NCBI GenBank assembly: GCA_030390025.1 | Contig: CM059437.1 | Location: 83,018,001 to 83,082,000, forward strand | DNA length: 64,000 nucleotides | Direction of reading: 5' to 3' | Source of the DNA: Squalus acanthias | Taxonomy: Eukaryota | In this document: positions 39,173-52,525 of the stretch, piece after piece | Layout of the letters: every line of letters begins with the position of its first letter | Position numbering within the stretch: the stretch's first letter is position 1 | The notes under the pieces: model-generated | Told to the model about the DNA's origin: nothing | Seen by the model: the letters and a program-made list of their open reading frames with translations, nothing else | Databases searched by the model: none | Program-made: the position numbers and the translations under genes

Positions 39173-41618
39173 ACATAATAACATAGAAACATAGAACAGT
39201 ACAGCACAGTACAGGCCCTTCGGCCCTTGATGTTGTGCCGAGCATTGTCCGAGACCAAGATCAAGCTATCACACTCCCTATCACTCTGGTGTGCTCCATG
39301 TGCTTATCCAATAACCGCTTGAAAGTTCCTAAAGTGTCCGACTCCACTATCACAGCAGGCAGTCCATTCCACACCCCAACCACTCTCTGAGTAAAGAATC
39401 TACCTCGGACATCCCTTCTATATCTCCCCCCATGCACCTTATAGTTATGCCCCCTTGTAACAGCTGCCTCTACCCGAGGAAATAGTCTCTGAACATCCAC
39501 TCTATCTATCCCCCTCATCATCTTATAAACCTCTATTAAGTCGCCTCTCATCCTCCTCCGCTCTAAAGAGAAAAGCCCCAACTCCCTCAATCTTTCCTCA
39601 TAAGACCTCCCCCCCAAACCAGGCAGCATCCTGGTAAATCTCCTTTGCACTCTTTCCAATGCTTCCACATCCTTCCTATAGTGAGGTGACCAGAACTGCA
39701 CACAATATTCCAAATGTGGTCTCACCAAGGTCCTGTACAGTTGCAGCATAACCTCACGGTTCTTAAACTCAAACCCTCTGTTAATAAACGCCAACACACC
39801 ATAGGCCTTCTTTACTGCTCTATCCACTTGAGTGGCAACCTTCAGAGATCTGTGGATATGAACCCCCAGATCCCTCTGCTCCTCCACGTTCCTCAGAACC
39901 CTGCCGTTGACCCTGTAATCCTTATTCAAATTTGCCCTACCAAAATGAATCACCTCGCACTTATCAGGGTTAAATTCCATCTGCCATTTTTCGGCCCAGC
40001 TCTGCATCCTATCAATGTCTCTTTGCAGCCTACAACAGCCCTCCACCTCATCCACTGCTCCACCAATCTTGGTGTCATCAGCAAATTTACTGATCCACCC
40101 TTCAGTCCCCTCCTCCAAGTCATTGATAAAAATCACAAACAGCAGAGGACCCAGCACCGACCCCTGTGGCACACCGCTGGTAACTGGTCTCCAGTCCGAA
40201 AATGTTCCATCCACCACCACCCTCTGCCTTCTATGAGATAGCCAGTTACTTATCCAATCGGCCAAATTTCCCTCTATCCCACAACTCCTTACTTTCTTCA
40301 TGAGCCGACCATGGGGAACCTTATCAAACGCCTTACTAAAATCCATGTATACGACATCAACTGCTCTACCTTCATCTACACACTTAGTTACCTCCTCAAA
40401 GAATTCAATCAAATTTGTTAGGCAAGACTTACCCTTCACGAATCCGTGTTGACTATCCCTGATTAAGTTGCCCCTTTCCAAATGGTCATAAATCCTATCC
40501 CTCAGGACCTTTTCCATTATCTTACCAACCACCGAAGTAAGACTAACCGGCCTATAATTACCAGGGTCATTCCTATTTCCTTTCTTGAAGAGAGGAACAA
40601 CATTCGCCACTCTCCAGTCCTCTGGCACCATTCCCGTGGACAGTGAGGACCCAAAGATCAAAGCCAGAGGCTCTGCAATCTCCTCCCTTGCCTCCCAAAG
40701 AATCCTAGGATATATCCCATCTGGCCCAGGGGACTTATCGACCCTCAGGTTCTTCAAAATTGCTAAAACATCTTCCCTCAGAACATCTACCACCTCCAGC
40801 CTATCCACCTTTATCACACTCTCATCCTCAAGAACATGGCCCCTCTCCTCGGTGAACACTGACGAAAAGTATTCATTCATCACCTCTCCTATCTCTTCTG
40901 ACTCCATGCACAAGTTCCCACTACTGTCCTTGACCGGCCCTACCCTCACCCTGGTCATTCTTTTATTTCTCACATAAGAGTAAAAGGCCTTGGGGTTTTT
41001 CTTGATCTGACATGCCAAGGACTTCTCATGCCCCCTCCTAGCTCTCCTAAGCTCTTTTTTTAGCTCATTCCTTGCTACCTTGTACCCCTCAATCGACCCA
41101 ACTGAACCTTGTTTTCTCATCCTTACATACGCTTCCTTTTTCCTCTTGACTAGACATTCAACCTCTTTTGTGAACCATGGTTCTCTCACTCGGCCATTTC
41201 CTCCCTGCCTGACAGGGACATACCTATCAAGGACACGCAGTAATTGCTCCATGAAAAAGCTCCACTTTTCGTTTGTGCCTTTCCCTGATAGTTTCTGTTC
41301 CCATCTTATACTCCCTAATTCTTGCCTAATCGCATCATAATTACCCCTCCCCCAATTATAAACCCTGCCCTGCCGTATGGCCCTATCCCTCTCCATTGCA
41401 ATAGTGAACGTTACCGAATTGTGGTCACTATCTCCAAAGTGCTCTCCCACATACAAATCAAACACTTGGCCCGGTTCATTACCCAGTACCAAATCCAACG
41501 TGGCCCCAGCTCTTGTCGGCCTATCCACATATTGTGTCAGGAAACCCTCCTGCACACACTGTGCAAAAACTATCCCATCCGAACTGTTTGACCTATAAAG
41601 GTTCCAATCAATATTTGG
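39173..41618 (-). mobile_element. young CR1 LINE, 5'-truncated, unbroken ORF2 (end of endonuclease plus complete RT)
   Basis: 764-aa ORF 39261-41555 with LDLVL, SDH, DKSPGPD, QHGF, DFSKAFD, GVPQGSVLGP, FADD and the native stop; tail ctatgtttctatg. Confidence 0.97.
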
Positions 41619-41671
41619 AAAGGATCAGAGACAGAGGGAGAGTCTCACTGAGGATCAGAGACAGAGGGATC

Positions 41672-43100
41672 AGTTGTACAGAGCCTTGGTCAAATACATC
41701 TGGAGTATTATAATCAGTTTTGAGCACCAAACCTCAGCACATTGGCCGTGGAGGGGGTACAGCACAGATTTATCAGAATGATGACAGGGCTTAAAAGGCT
41801 AAGGGGGAAAAATTCAGTATCGCCCTATTTGGGGCGCAATTATCGGCCGGGCGCAAAGATTAGTGCCCGGCACTAATTATCGCCTCCGACTGCAAACTTG
41901 ACTTTTATCGCCCCTGGAGGTGGTTGGAGCGCTAAATCAGGCGCTACATATCTGTCTTAAGGCGCAAAGGCCGAGGAGTGAGGCGCTAACTCAGAGCGCT
42001 GGCGAAGCTCACGTGATGTCAGTCAGCAATGGAACACAGACACAATGGCTCCGGCCAGTTCTTAAAGGGGAGGGTTGATCTTGCTTTCCATCCACATCCT
42101 GCTCATTGCAGCCTTGAATCTCGGCCTGGAGAGACCTGTACATCAAATCTGCTGGAAAGAACAATGGAGAGGCCCAGGGAAAGAGCTCAGAGTGCAGCCC
42201 CCACAGTCTCTTCTAAATCGATACAAGGAAGGGCAAATCAAAATGAACCTGCAAAGTGCTGCTCAGTATCCAAAACCCCTTCACACAGCGTTGAATCTCT
42301 CTAGAAGTCTCTCTCTCTCTCTCTCAGAATGCGTGGTTCAAAAATGTCACCAACAAAAAAAGGCAGGAAGCGGTCACCTTTAAATAGCGCTCCCCCAGTC
42401 CCTTCCTGACTGCAAAACGCTCCCCTCAACCTGTCATTGCTAGCGGCAGGCGGTAAGGCAGGGGGCACCACTCAATATACGCTCTGGGGCGCTGCGCACT
42501 CGACTGACGTCACGATCTGCCGGCGCAGGAGATCGTGGCTGTAGTGTTTAGCGCTGCCGCAAAATGTCTAGTTAATTTCGCGAGCGACGCAAACATCACC
42601 ACGCCCAGGCGCTAGTTGCTTTGCGCCCCATTAGCGCCCCCTTAAGGCGCTAACAGGAGGCGCAACCAACTGAATTTTTCCCCCTAAATTTTGAGGACAC
42701 ATTCCATAAACTTGGCTTGTATTTCTTTGAGTTTACATGGTTTTAGGGTGCTATAATCGAGCTCTAGAAAATGATAACTGGATTTGATATTTCATCTTGT
42801 GGGGATTCCCGAACAAGAGGGCATAATCTTACAAGTAAAGTTAGGCCATGTAGGAGTGAATTCAGGAAGCAGTTTTTCCCACATAGGGTAATGGAAATTG
42901 GAGCTTTCTCCCCTAAAAGGGTGTGAATGCTGGGTTGATTGGATTTTTCAAGACTAGGATCACTAGATTTTTGTTAGGTAAGGGCATAAAGGGATGTGGA
43001 GCAAAGCAATAGAGTTGAGGTACAGATCAGCCATAATCAAACTGAATGACGGAACAGGTTCAGGGGCTGAATGGCCTACTCCTGTACCTAAGTTCCTATA
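41672..43100 (+). mobile_element. old CR1 3' fragment split by a MITE
   Basis: cagttgtacagagccttggt..ttaaaaggct(aa)attttgagga..ggggctgaatggcctactcctg. Confidence 0.8.
41803..42684. mobile_element. PIF/Harbinger-type MITE
   Basis: Perfect 16-bp TIR GGGGGAAAAATTCAGT, TAA TSD, CpG-rich subterminal regions. Confidence 0.92.
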
Positions 43101-43104
43101 TGTA

Positions 43105-43735
43105 TCCCGCACCAAGTCCTATGCAGACATCCATCTCCCTGTCCTTACTGACCTAGAGTGGCTTCCAGTCCCTCAATAACTGAAGTTTAAAATTCTTCTT
43201 CTAATGCTTAACTCATTTCATGACCTTTCCCTCCCCTATCTACAAGCCCCCCCACCCCACTTCACACCATTGAGGGGAGCGTTTTGCAGTCAGGAAGGGA
43301 CTGGGGGAGCGCTATTTAAAGGTGACCACTTCCTGCCTTTTTTTGTTGGTGACATTTTTGAACCACGCATTCTGAGAGAGAGAGAGAGAGAGAGAGACTT
43401 CTAGAGAGATTCAACGCTGTGTGAAGGGGTTTTGGGTACTGAGCAGCACTTTGCAGGTTCATTTTGATTTGCCCTTCCTTGTATCGATTTAGAAGAGACT
43501 GTGGGGGCTGCACTCTGAGCTCTTTCCCTGGGCCTCCCCATGCTCTGGAATTCCCTCCCAAACCCCTCCAGTCCTTCTCCTTTAAAACCCTTCTTAAAAC
43601 CCATTTCTCTGACCAAGCTTTTTGGTCAGCCCTCCTCATCGCTTCATCTTTGGCTTTGTATCCTTTTTCTATGGAACAACTTGGGATGTTTTTCTACATT
43701 TAATGCATTATATAAGTGCAAGGTGTTGCACCTGT
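43105..43735 (+). mobile_element. L2 3' fragment containing an inverted copy of MITE-internal DNA (43270-43541)
   Basis: cgcaccaagtcc..ctctggaattccctccc..ctgaccaagctttt L2 motifs flank the insert. Confidence 0.8.
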
Positions 43736-44007
43736 AGGTGGTGCTGTGACAGGACTTTCAGTGTGAAAGGTGCCCCACCTTCTGTCACATAACACCCACT
43801 GTTACAGTGATACCTTGCAAGGTACTCATATCTATCCTTTCCCCATAAAATACTGAAAATGCTTTCTGAAAGAAATGTCATCACCCATTTTTGCCTCTAA
43901 CTGAAATTTCTAATGTCCGAAATGAAGCTTTAAACAAAAGGAAAAAAAATCAAATAAATTACATATTTCCCCATAACATGGTGAATTTAGTCTTCTTGTC
44001 TTTTAAT

Positions 44008-44760
44008 GGGCCGTATTTTCCGATCCCTATGGGTGTTTACGAGCTGTGTACACACCCATAGGGACATCGGAAATGCCGGTTTCGGGCATGCAAAGCGCAT
44101 GCGCTGAAAACCGGCATTTCCGATCTGTCAAGAATGCTCTTGACAGATCGGACGCCTGGAGAAGGGCCTCTGCGGGCGGATAGTTCCACTTTCTGGAGAA
44201 CCTCTGCCCGTAGAAAACCCTTAGAAATCTTACGCCTGGTAAAAGCAGGCGTAAGGCCTTGCTTTTACCAGCATAAGATTTGAAAAAGTTAAAAAAATAA
44301 TTTTTCCACTCATTTATCATTTAAAAATAATTTCAAAAAAGGTAAGTTTATTTTTAGCCCCGTAAAAAACTTTAATTATTTTTTCAAAAAATTTAATTTT
44401 TGTTTAAAATATTTAATTTATTGTAATTTCAACTAATTTTAAAAATGTGATGCATTTTTTAAATTTTATTTAATGTTTTACAGTGTTTTGGGGTGATCTC
44501 CATTCATATATTTGACAGGTCTATCTGTCAAGTGTATGAAGGGAGATGCCCTTCTTTGATTGGCTCCCCATAGCCCACGTGATCCCAGGGACGCTTGCGA
44601 ACCGCATGCACCGCTGGGATACGTGGGCCCTGCGCATTTCCAGTTGGAGAGGCCCAGGATCGGAAGTGTCCGGACCTCGGGAGCCCTCAGGTAAGTGCGT
44701 AGATTTTTCCAGATCGGAGGCCTCCGCACGCGGGAAGCCTCCAATCAGAAAATACGGCCC
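44008..44760. mobile_element. Harbinger-type MITE
   Basis: 17-bp TIR GGGCCGTATTTTC(C/T)GAT, AAT TSD, AT-rich core. Confidence 0.92.
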
Positions 44761-45259
44761 AATATCTTCACTAAAGTTTCTACTTCAGTCTCTCCCAAAA
44801 ACCTGGGCTTGGGCTCGATGGGCCCGAAGATCCGTGTATATTCCACCAGTCTCCCACTGTAACTCTGGTGGGAAACAGGCAGAACCACCAGAAAATGGTG
44901 AAGAAGCAATTGTGCTGGATCTCCACTGTTTCCAGGAGGTTTTGATATGCCTTGTAATGGCAGAATCTCCACCTGACCCGTACAAAGCAAATATCGTCAT
45001 TGGAACGGTGGGAGCTTCCGTTAGCAGAGAGACACCAACACTAAGACAACACAGAGTTAAGAGGGAGACCATTTTATCAGAATAATCATGTGTCTCACCA
45101 CAGCATTGACTAGTATGTAGATATAATACAGCTCCTCTGATTGCTTAGACGATTACAGCAGTGAATAGCTGAGCCATACAGACCACAAAGAGCTCAGAGT
45201 TGATCCAATAACCTTTACTGAGTTAGCTGGCCATAGCTGAGGCAGCTGTAGTTTTACAG

Positions 45260-45710
45260 CTGCCTCAGTAAAGCCTATACATATATGTCATGTCCTTTAT
45301 TCAAGTACATACCCTCAAAGGTGTCTGCAATACACATACATAAACCTCAGTGATGCCTCTACACAGGTATATAAGCCCTCAGTAATACCCCTACAGTTGT
45401 ATATAATGCTCAGTGATGTCCCTAAATAAGTACATACACCGGGAATTTCCTGAGGGATTCTCCCGATCATCCACTGTAACTTCAGTGGAAGATCAGCGGA
45501 AGCTCCAGATAGACCCATAAACGGGGTTTCCACTGATCTACCAGCAAAGTTACGGTAGCGAATCAGGAGAACCCTGGAGGAAATTCCCAGTGATAATCCC
45601 CCAGTGATGACCCATACATGTATAAAGCTTTCAGTGATGTCTCTACAGATGTATGCAATCCTCAGTGAAGTCCCCTCGAAATGTGTATATCCCTCGGTGA
45701 TGCCCCATAA
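45260..45710. repeat. degenerate ~35-bp tandem repeat holding a ~150-bp hairpin MITE (45439-45590)
   Basis: Recurring cctcagtgatg..ctaca..tata; insert bounded by cgggaatttcct / aggaaattcccag. Confidence 0.65.
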
Positions 45711-45866
45711 AAATCCACATGGTGAATGTGCCTTTGCTGTCTACTCTTGTTGAACAATAGTAAAGATGTCTGAACAAAGGAAATGATCAGCGTCTGCAAC
45801 TGATCGCTAACCACACAGAACATACTGAGCCTGTGATATACTTCGCAATAACAACTCCCACCTTAC

Positions 45867-45947
45867 TTTGTGAACCCAAACCTGGGGAAGTGAATACTGT
45901 TTTTGATGAATATTGTGAAATTCTGGGCTCTTTGCAATACTGAGTCC
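45867..45947 (-). CDS. P2RX2: P2X2-like coding exon 6
   Basis: ttttgcag|...|gtaagg, 81 bp. (R)DSVLQRAQNFTIFIKNSIHFPRFGFT(K), with the NFTxxIKNSI signature. Confidence 0.94.
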
Positions 45948-46860
45948 CTGCAAAAAGAAGAAGAAAGAAAACATAATTTTAGAACATGGAACTAAATTCT
46001 CCAATGGAACAGACTACACATTAACATGCTTCTGTAGTAAATAGCTTAGGCAACTTCTTAGTGGATAAAAAGCTCAAGGAAATGCAAACCAAGTTTATAC
46101 AACCTGATCACATAATTTAACACTTTAAGCCCTGGTATCATTTTGGTGAATTCCATCTGCCAAAGTTTTGCCTACTCACTTAGTCTGTCTACGTAGCTTT
46201 GTAACTTCTGTTCCCACCTACAAAACTTACTGTGCTTCCTAACTTAGTGTCATCTGCAAACTTGGATCGACTTACTCCTTCCCCAACAGGTTCCGAGATT
46301 TCTGCTGCCTCCAGAAATCTCGGGACTCTATTTTGGCTGCTGCACTGCCAGGTGTCCCAATCAATGAGCTCCCTGTGACTAGCAGACTCCCTGCTGAGAG
46401 CTCAACCTGAGTGAGTAATGGGTGCAAATCCCACTGCACACTGCCCCTGCTGCTGAGTAGGACCAATAAAAAATGCACCGCATAGCTGGGAATCTGTTCT
46501 ATATATCCACTATTCTGTGGGGAAAAGTTTCTTTTAATCTCTATTGTCAATTTAGGCTTGTATTATTCTGCTCCCTTTTTAGGACTTCCATGCATTGCAC
46601 CAAACTCATTTTGGACACTGCGTTAACAGACATCAGTGAGAACAAGACTTGATTCCACCTGGGGCACAGTTGTTACAGCCATTTTATTCCATCTGCCTGA
46701 TATTTAGTTACAGCAGCCCATTGCTGAGTAAAGTCAGGTTGTGCCTGGAAGCCATTTTGGAATAACTACCATTGAGTTACTGTTGATTCCCATTTTGAGC
46801 AGTCTGCCACCTACACCAGTGACTAGTAATAAGCAGCAACTTTCAAGCATTTTGTGCCAC

Positions 46861-46954
46861 CTTATAGATGGTCCATTCTCCACTGGGCACCAAGCGTAGA
46901 CCTCACATGTCTTTATCGAGTCATGGTTAGTTACACATCTCCCGGTTTTCATTC
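46861..46954 (-). CDS. P2RX2: P2X2-like coding exon 5
   Basis: tgcacag|...|gtggca, 94 bp. (G)MKTGRCVTNHDSIKTCEVYAWCPVENGPSI(R), with P2X TGRC and TCEV..WCPVE motifs. Confidence 0.93.
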
Positions 46955-47084
46955 CTGTGCAGGGAAAGTCATTGTAAACATTATTGATTGCAACCCAAAC
47001 TTTTAAATTAATCTTTTTTATTAAAACAATGTTTATTTAAACTCATTTGTTAAAATGATGTCAGCAGAGGAAGCTCATTGCTTC

Positions 47085-47780
47085 AGGTGGAACTTTAAAG
47101 GCGGAAAGAGAGGTAGAGAGGTGTAGGGAGGGAAATCCAGAGCTTAGAACCTAGGCAGCTGAAAGCATGGCCGCCAATGGCGGAACGATTAAAATAGAGG
47201 ATGCGGAAGAGGCCAGAATTGGAGGAGCGTAGAGATCTTGGAGGTTTGTAGGGCTAGAGGAGGTTACAGAGGTAGAGAGGGGCGAGGCCATGGAAGGATT
47301 TGAAAACAAGGATGAGAATTTTAAAATTGAGGCGCTGCCGGACTGGGAGCCAATGTTGGTCACTGAGCACTGGGGTGATAGGTGAACAGGACTTGGTGCG
47401 AGTTAGGACACGGGCAGCAGTTTTGGATGAGCTCAAGTTTATGGAGGATGGAAGATGGGAGGCCGGCCAGGAGAGCATTGGAATAGTCAAATCTGGAGGT
47501 AACAAAGGCATGGATGAGGGTTTCAGCAGCAGATGAGCTGAAGCAGGGTTGGAGTCAGGCAATGTCACGGAGGTGGAAGTAGGTGGCCTTGGTGATGGAT
47601 CGGATATGTGGTCGGATTTGGGAGGCAGCAGTACATTCAAGGAATTTGAAGAGGAAAGGGAGGTTGGAGATGGGGCGGTAGTTTGCAAGGACAGAGGGGT
47701 CAAAGGTGAGTTTTTTTTGAGGAGAGGAGTGATGACGCCAGATATGAAGGGAAGGGGGGCAGTACCTGAGGAGAGAGAAG
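47085..47780 (-). mobile_element. L2 LINE fragments
   Basis: DPSVLANYRPISNLPFL; RTKSCSPITPVL..HWLPVRQRLNFKIL. Confidence 0.88.
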
Positions 47781-48559
47781 TACAAATGTTTTGCAGATTA
47801 AAAGAGTGATTCTTAAGGAAGGGCCGTTCCCAAGTCCACAGGGACAGGCAATACCAGTCAGAGCAAAGTTCCTGAAGCTTGCAATATGCGACAGACTCCT
47901 TGCCTTGCTTCCCCACTCTGCATTGAACAGTTAGGAACCTAAAAGAATATTTTCTGTCCATAATGTTTAATGACATAATGATTATGTAACTCATTCCACC
48001 TCTTATTACTCGCCTCTCCTTGAATCCCCGCTCCCCCCGCCCCCGTGTAAGATCATCTGTTTTTGACCACCAATACTGGAGAGATTAGACATCCTTGATG
48101 GTCCTGTAGAGGCCCATGTTTGAGCTTACAGCCAGACACCAGTCCTCCCTTTTTCCTTCTCATAACATTCCAACATGGTTACAACTACAACAGATCTTGG
48201 TTCCCATACATAGCCAGCTCCACTCTATGCCCCATTCTTACTGTTGACTAATATCCAACTTTCGTTAATTCACGCACAGATTCCCTATTCAACTATAGCA
48301 GGCTTCCTTCTCACCCCAGGCTGTGTCCGGGTTTCGGTTTCCTCACAGACTTTAATTATGGTTACATGTCTGATATAATTCAGGTTACCATTGCATACAG
48401 TTTACCATTACAGCCATTTTACATTTAATTCTTACACACAATAATAAATCCATCACTGATGATTAGATCACTAAAGATAGAAAACAAGTATTCTAAAAAC
48501 CAACTTATCCGTGATAATCTTACACCCTCCCCCCTCACCCCAGTCTGTTCATACTGTAC

Positions 48560-48635
48560 CATTTCCAAGCAATTCCATTTCTCCAACCACACAATCTAAG
48601 TCAGACGTGCATGTAGATCCAGGAACATGGTCACT
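48560..48635 (-). CDS. P2RX2: P2X2-like coding exon 4
   Basis: ttccttag|...|gtacag, 76 bp. SDHVPGSTCTSDLDCVVGEMELLGN(G), cf. P2X2 ..TCLSDADCVAGELDMLGNG. Confidence 0.92.
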
Positions 48636-49935
48636 CTAAGGAAGAATTTAACAGAGAAATAACTACTTTTATTAAAAGAAAAGTTTTAAATTTTAAAGAA
48701 AATGTTTTTAAATTGGGGACATAGTCCTAAAATGTCAACAAACCACAATTAAACTACAATCCTTGGAACAATGTTTCGCCCTATTAAATTAGGATTCCAT
48801 AACATCCAATTACAAGAGCCGATACAAAGAACAGTGAGAAATCTGAAATAAAAAGTGAAGGTGCTGTAAATGTACAGCATCTGCAAAAGAAAAGTCAGGT
48901 TAATGTTACAGATGGCATCTTTCATTAAAACCAATGAGACTGAGAACTGACCATGTGGGGAATATGGACAAACACGTATCGTGCTCCTCAGTGGCAGCAT
49001 CTACAAGTTAATGTGCTGTAGAATCGGGTGACTATCATGTCCGAAGTGATTTATGACTGCCCTGAGCTGACTGATGGGCAAGTAGAATCCCTGGGGGGGC
49101 AAAATTCGATTAGGCCAGAAAACGGGCGCGGGAATCGCGATGCGTGATCGGCCGGCGCCTACTGACTGTAGTACAGGCAGCACACAAAATTCATGCTGCC
49201 TGCTATTTGTAATGATTGGAGCGCTGAGCTCAGCACTAAACGCGCTGCTGGTTGGCTCGGCTCTCAACAGGGGGCCCAATATTCTGTGCAGTCTGCTCTC
49301 CATTTAAAGGTTGCCTGCAGAGTCACAGGCTGTTCTGCACTTCTTAAAGGGGAGGTGCTCTGAATCAGAAGGACCTCATTCTTGGTGGAGCTAGTCAAAT
49401 AAATATGTCTCAACAGGGGAGAGAGCGTGCACCTCGGTTCTCCGATGCAGCACTGGAAGCCTCGGTGCAGAGGGTGTACAGGAGGAGACAGGTCCTGTAC
49501 CTGCAGGGGGGCAGGAGGCCTTCCAGGCACACCGTAGGAGGAAATAGCGGAGGCCATCAGTGCCACCAGAGTTGCCCCCAGGACCTGGATCCAGTGCCGG
49601 AAGAAGTCTAATGACCTTACTTGAGTGGTGAAGGTGAGTGAATGCACCTTCAAATGTCATATCCCACCAACTGCACCACTAGCCTCACACACTGCTCAAT
49701 GCACCACACCCCCGTTACTCATCTACCAACAATCTCTAGCAATCACGACTCATACCTCACAATCATAGCTTCACCTCACCCTCACACACTTACCACTGCT
49801 GCAAGCCTCACACACACATCTCACACCTTGCGCACACTGCCAGCTATTCAACCATGACAGGCACCTCACCCAAACATATTGCACCACACTCACTGACACA
49901 CTTCCCTTTCTCTTGCAGGCTAAGGTCGCTCACAA

Positions 49936-52525
49936 CAACAACAACAACAACAACTTTTATTTAAATAGCGCCTTTAATGTAGTAAAATGTCCCAAGGTGC
50001 TTCACAGGAGTATTAACATAGAAACATAGAAACTAGGAGCAGGAGTAGGCCATTCGGCCCGTCGAGCCTGCTCCACCATTCAATACGATCATGGCTGATC
50101 ATCCAAATCCAGTACCCTGTCCCTGCTTTCTCACACAGAATCCCCATCGAGCCTACACCGACACATATCCCACCCTATCCCCACGTATTTAATTCCCCCT
50201 AACATATCCCTTCCTATCCTATCCCCGTAACCCCACATATTTAATCCCCCCCTAACACTAAGGGTCAATTTATCATAGCCAAATCAACCTAACCCACACA
50301 TTTTTGGACTGTGGGAGGAAACCGGAGCACCCGGAGGAAACCCACGCAGACACGGGGAGAATGTTCAAACTCCACACAGACAGTCACCCGAGGCCAGATT
50401 CGAACCCGGGTCGCTGGCGCTGTGAGGCACCAGTGCTAACCACTATGCCACCGTGTTAAAAGACAAAAAATTTGACACCGAGCCACATGAGGAGAAATTA
50501 GGGCAGGTGACCAAAAGCTTGGTCAAAGAGGTAGGTTTTAAGGAGCGTCTTAAAGGAGGAAATAGAGGTAGTGAGGTGGAGAGATTTAGGCAGGGAATTC
50601 CAGAGCTTAGGGCCGAGGCAACTGAAGGCACGGCCACCAATGGTTGAGCGATTATAATCAGGGATCCTCGAGGGCAGAATTAGAGGAGCGCAGATATCTT
50701 GGGGGGTTGTGGGGCTGGAGGAGATTACAGAGATAGGGAGGGACGAGGCCACGGAGGGATTTGAAAACAAGAATGAGAATTTTGAAATCGAGGTGTTGCT
50801 TAACAGGAAGCCAATGTAGGTCACGAGCACAGGGGTGATGGGTGAACGGGACTTGGTGCGAGTTAGGACATGGGCAGCCGAGTTTTGGATCACCTCAAGT
50901 TTACGTAGGGTAGAACGTGGGAGGCCGGTCAGGAGTGCATTGGAATAATCAAGTCTAGAGGTAACAAAGGCATGGATGAGGGTTTCAGCAGTGGATGAGC
51001 TGAGGCAAGGGCGGAGACGGGCGATGTTACAGAGGTGGAAATAGGCGTTCCTAGTTATGCTGCAGATATGTGGTCGGAAGCTCATTTCAGGGTCAAATAT
51101 GACACCAAGGTTGCGAACAGTGAGGTTCAGCCTCAGACAGATGTTAGGGAGAGGGATGGAGTCACTGGCTAGGGAACGGAGTTTGTGGCGGGGACCGAAG
51201 ACAATGGCTTCGGTCTTCCCAATATTTAATTGGAGAAAATTTCTGCTCATCCAGAACTGGATGTCAGACAAGCAGTCAGACAATTTAGAGACCGTGGAGG
51301 GGTTGAGAGAAGTGACAGTGAGGTAGAGCTGGGTGTCGTCAGCGTACATGTGGAAACTGACGCCGTGTTTTCAGATGATGTCGCCAAGGGGCAACATGTA
51401 GATGAGAAATAGGAGAGGGCCAAGGATAGATCCTTGGGGGACACCAGAGGTAACGATGCGGGAAGAGAAACCTTTGCAGGTGATTCTCTGGCTACGATTA
51501 GATAGATAAGAATGGAACCAGGCGAGTGCAGTCCCACCCAGCTGGACAACGGTGGCGAGGCGTTGGAGAAGGATGGAGTGGTCAACCATGTCAAAGGCTG
51601 CAGACAAGTCAAGAAGGACGAGGAGGGATAGTTTACCTTTGTCACAGTCACAAAGGATGTCATTTGTGACTTTGATGAGAGCCGTTTCGGTACTGTGGCA
51701 AGGGCGGAAACCTGATTGGAGGGATTCAAACATGGAATTGCGGGAAAGATAGGCACGGATTTGGGAGGCAACAACACATTCAAGGACTTTGGAGAGGAAA
51801 GGGAGGTTGGAGATGGGGCGGTAATTTGCAAGGACGGAGGGGTCAAGGGTTGGTTTTTGAGGAGAGGGGTGATGACGGCAGATTTGAGGGAGAGGAGGAA
51901 CAGTACCTGAGGAGAGAGAACCGTTAACAATGTCAGCTAACATGGGAGCCAGAAAAGGAAGTTGGGTGGTCAGCAGTTTGGTGGGAATAGGGTCGAGGGA
52001 GCAGGAAGTGGATCACATGGACAAGATGAGCGTGGAGAGGTCATGAGGGGATATCAGAGGGAAACTGGAGAAAGATGTGAGTTCAGGGCTAGGGCAGGAG
52101 GGAACCTTAGAGGAAGTTTTGCACGGTGGGCTAGGGGAAGGAAGGTAAGTGGAAGAGGCAGCTGAACGGATGGTCTCAATCTTAGAAACAAAGAAGTCCA
52201 CAAGCTCCTCATACTTGTTGTCAGAGGTGAGGGTGGAGGAGACAGGGGAGAGGGATTTAAGAAGATGGTTAACAGTAGAGAATAGGAGCCGAGGTTTATC
52301 TTTGCATTCCAGAACGATTCTGGAATAGTGTGCAATTTTGGCAGATGAGAGCAGGACCTGATAATGCTTTATGTGGTCTAGCCAGATCTGGCGGTGAATG
52401 GCTAAACCAGTTGTCCGCCATGTCCGTTCAAGTCTGCATCCCTTGGACTTATGGGAGCGGAGATAAGGGCCGTACCAGGGGGAGCGGCCAGGGTGAGAGA
52501 AGGTAATTGTTTTAATCGGAGAGAG
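49936..52525 (-). mobile_element. L2 LINE, 5'-truncated
   Basis: [19 protein letters not shown] and MYADDTQLY; (caa)n tail at 49932-49953. Confidence 0.95.
50015..50457 (-). mobile_element. V-SINE with added CR1-derived tail, nested in the L2 3' UTR
   Basis: tRNA head and V-domain as at 8409; tail matches the CR1 3' end at 32268-32383. Confidence 0.9.
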
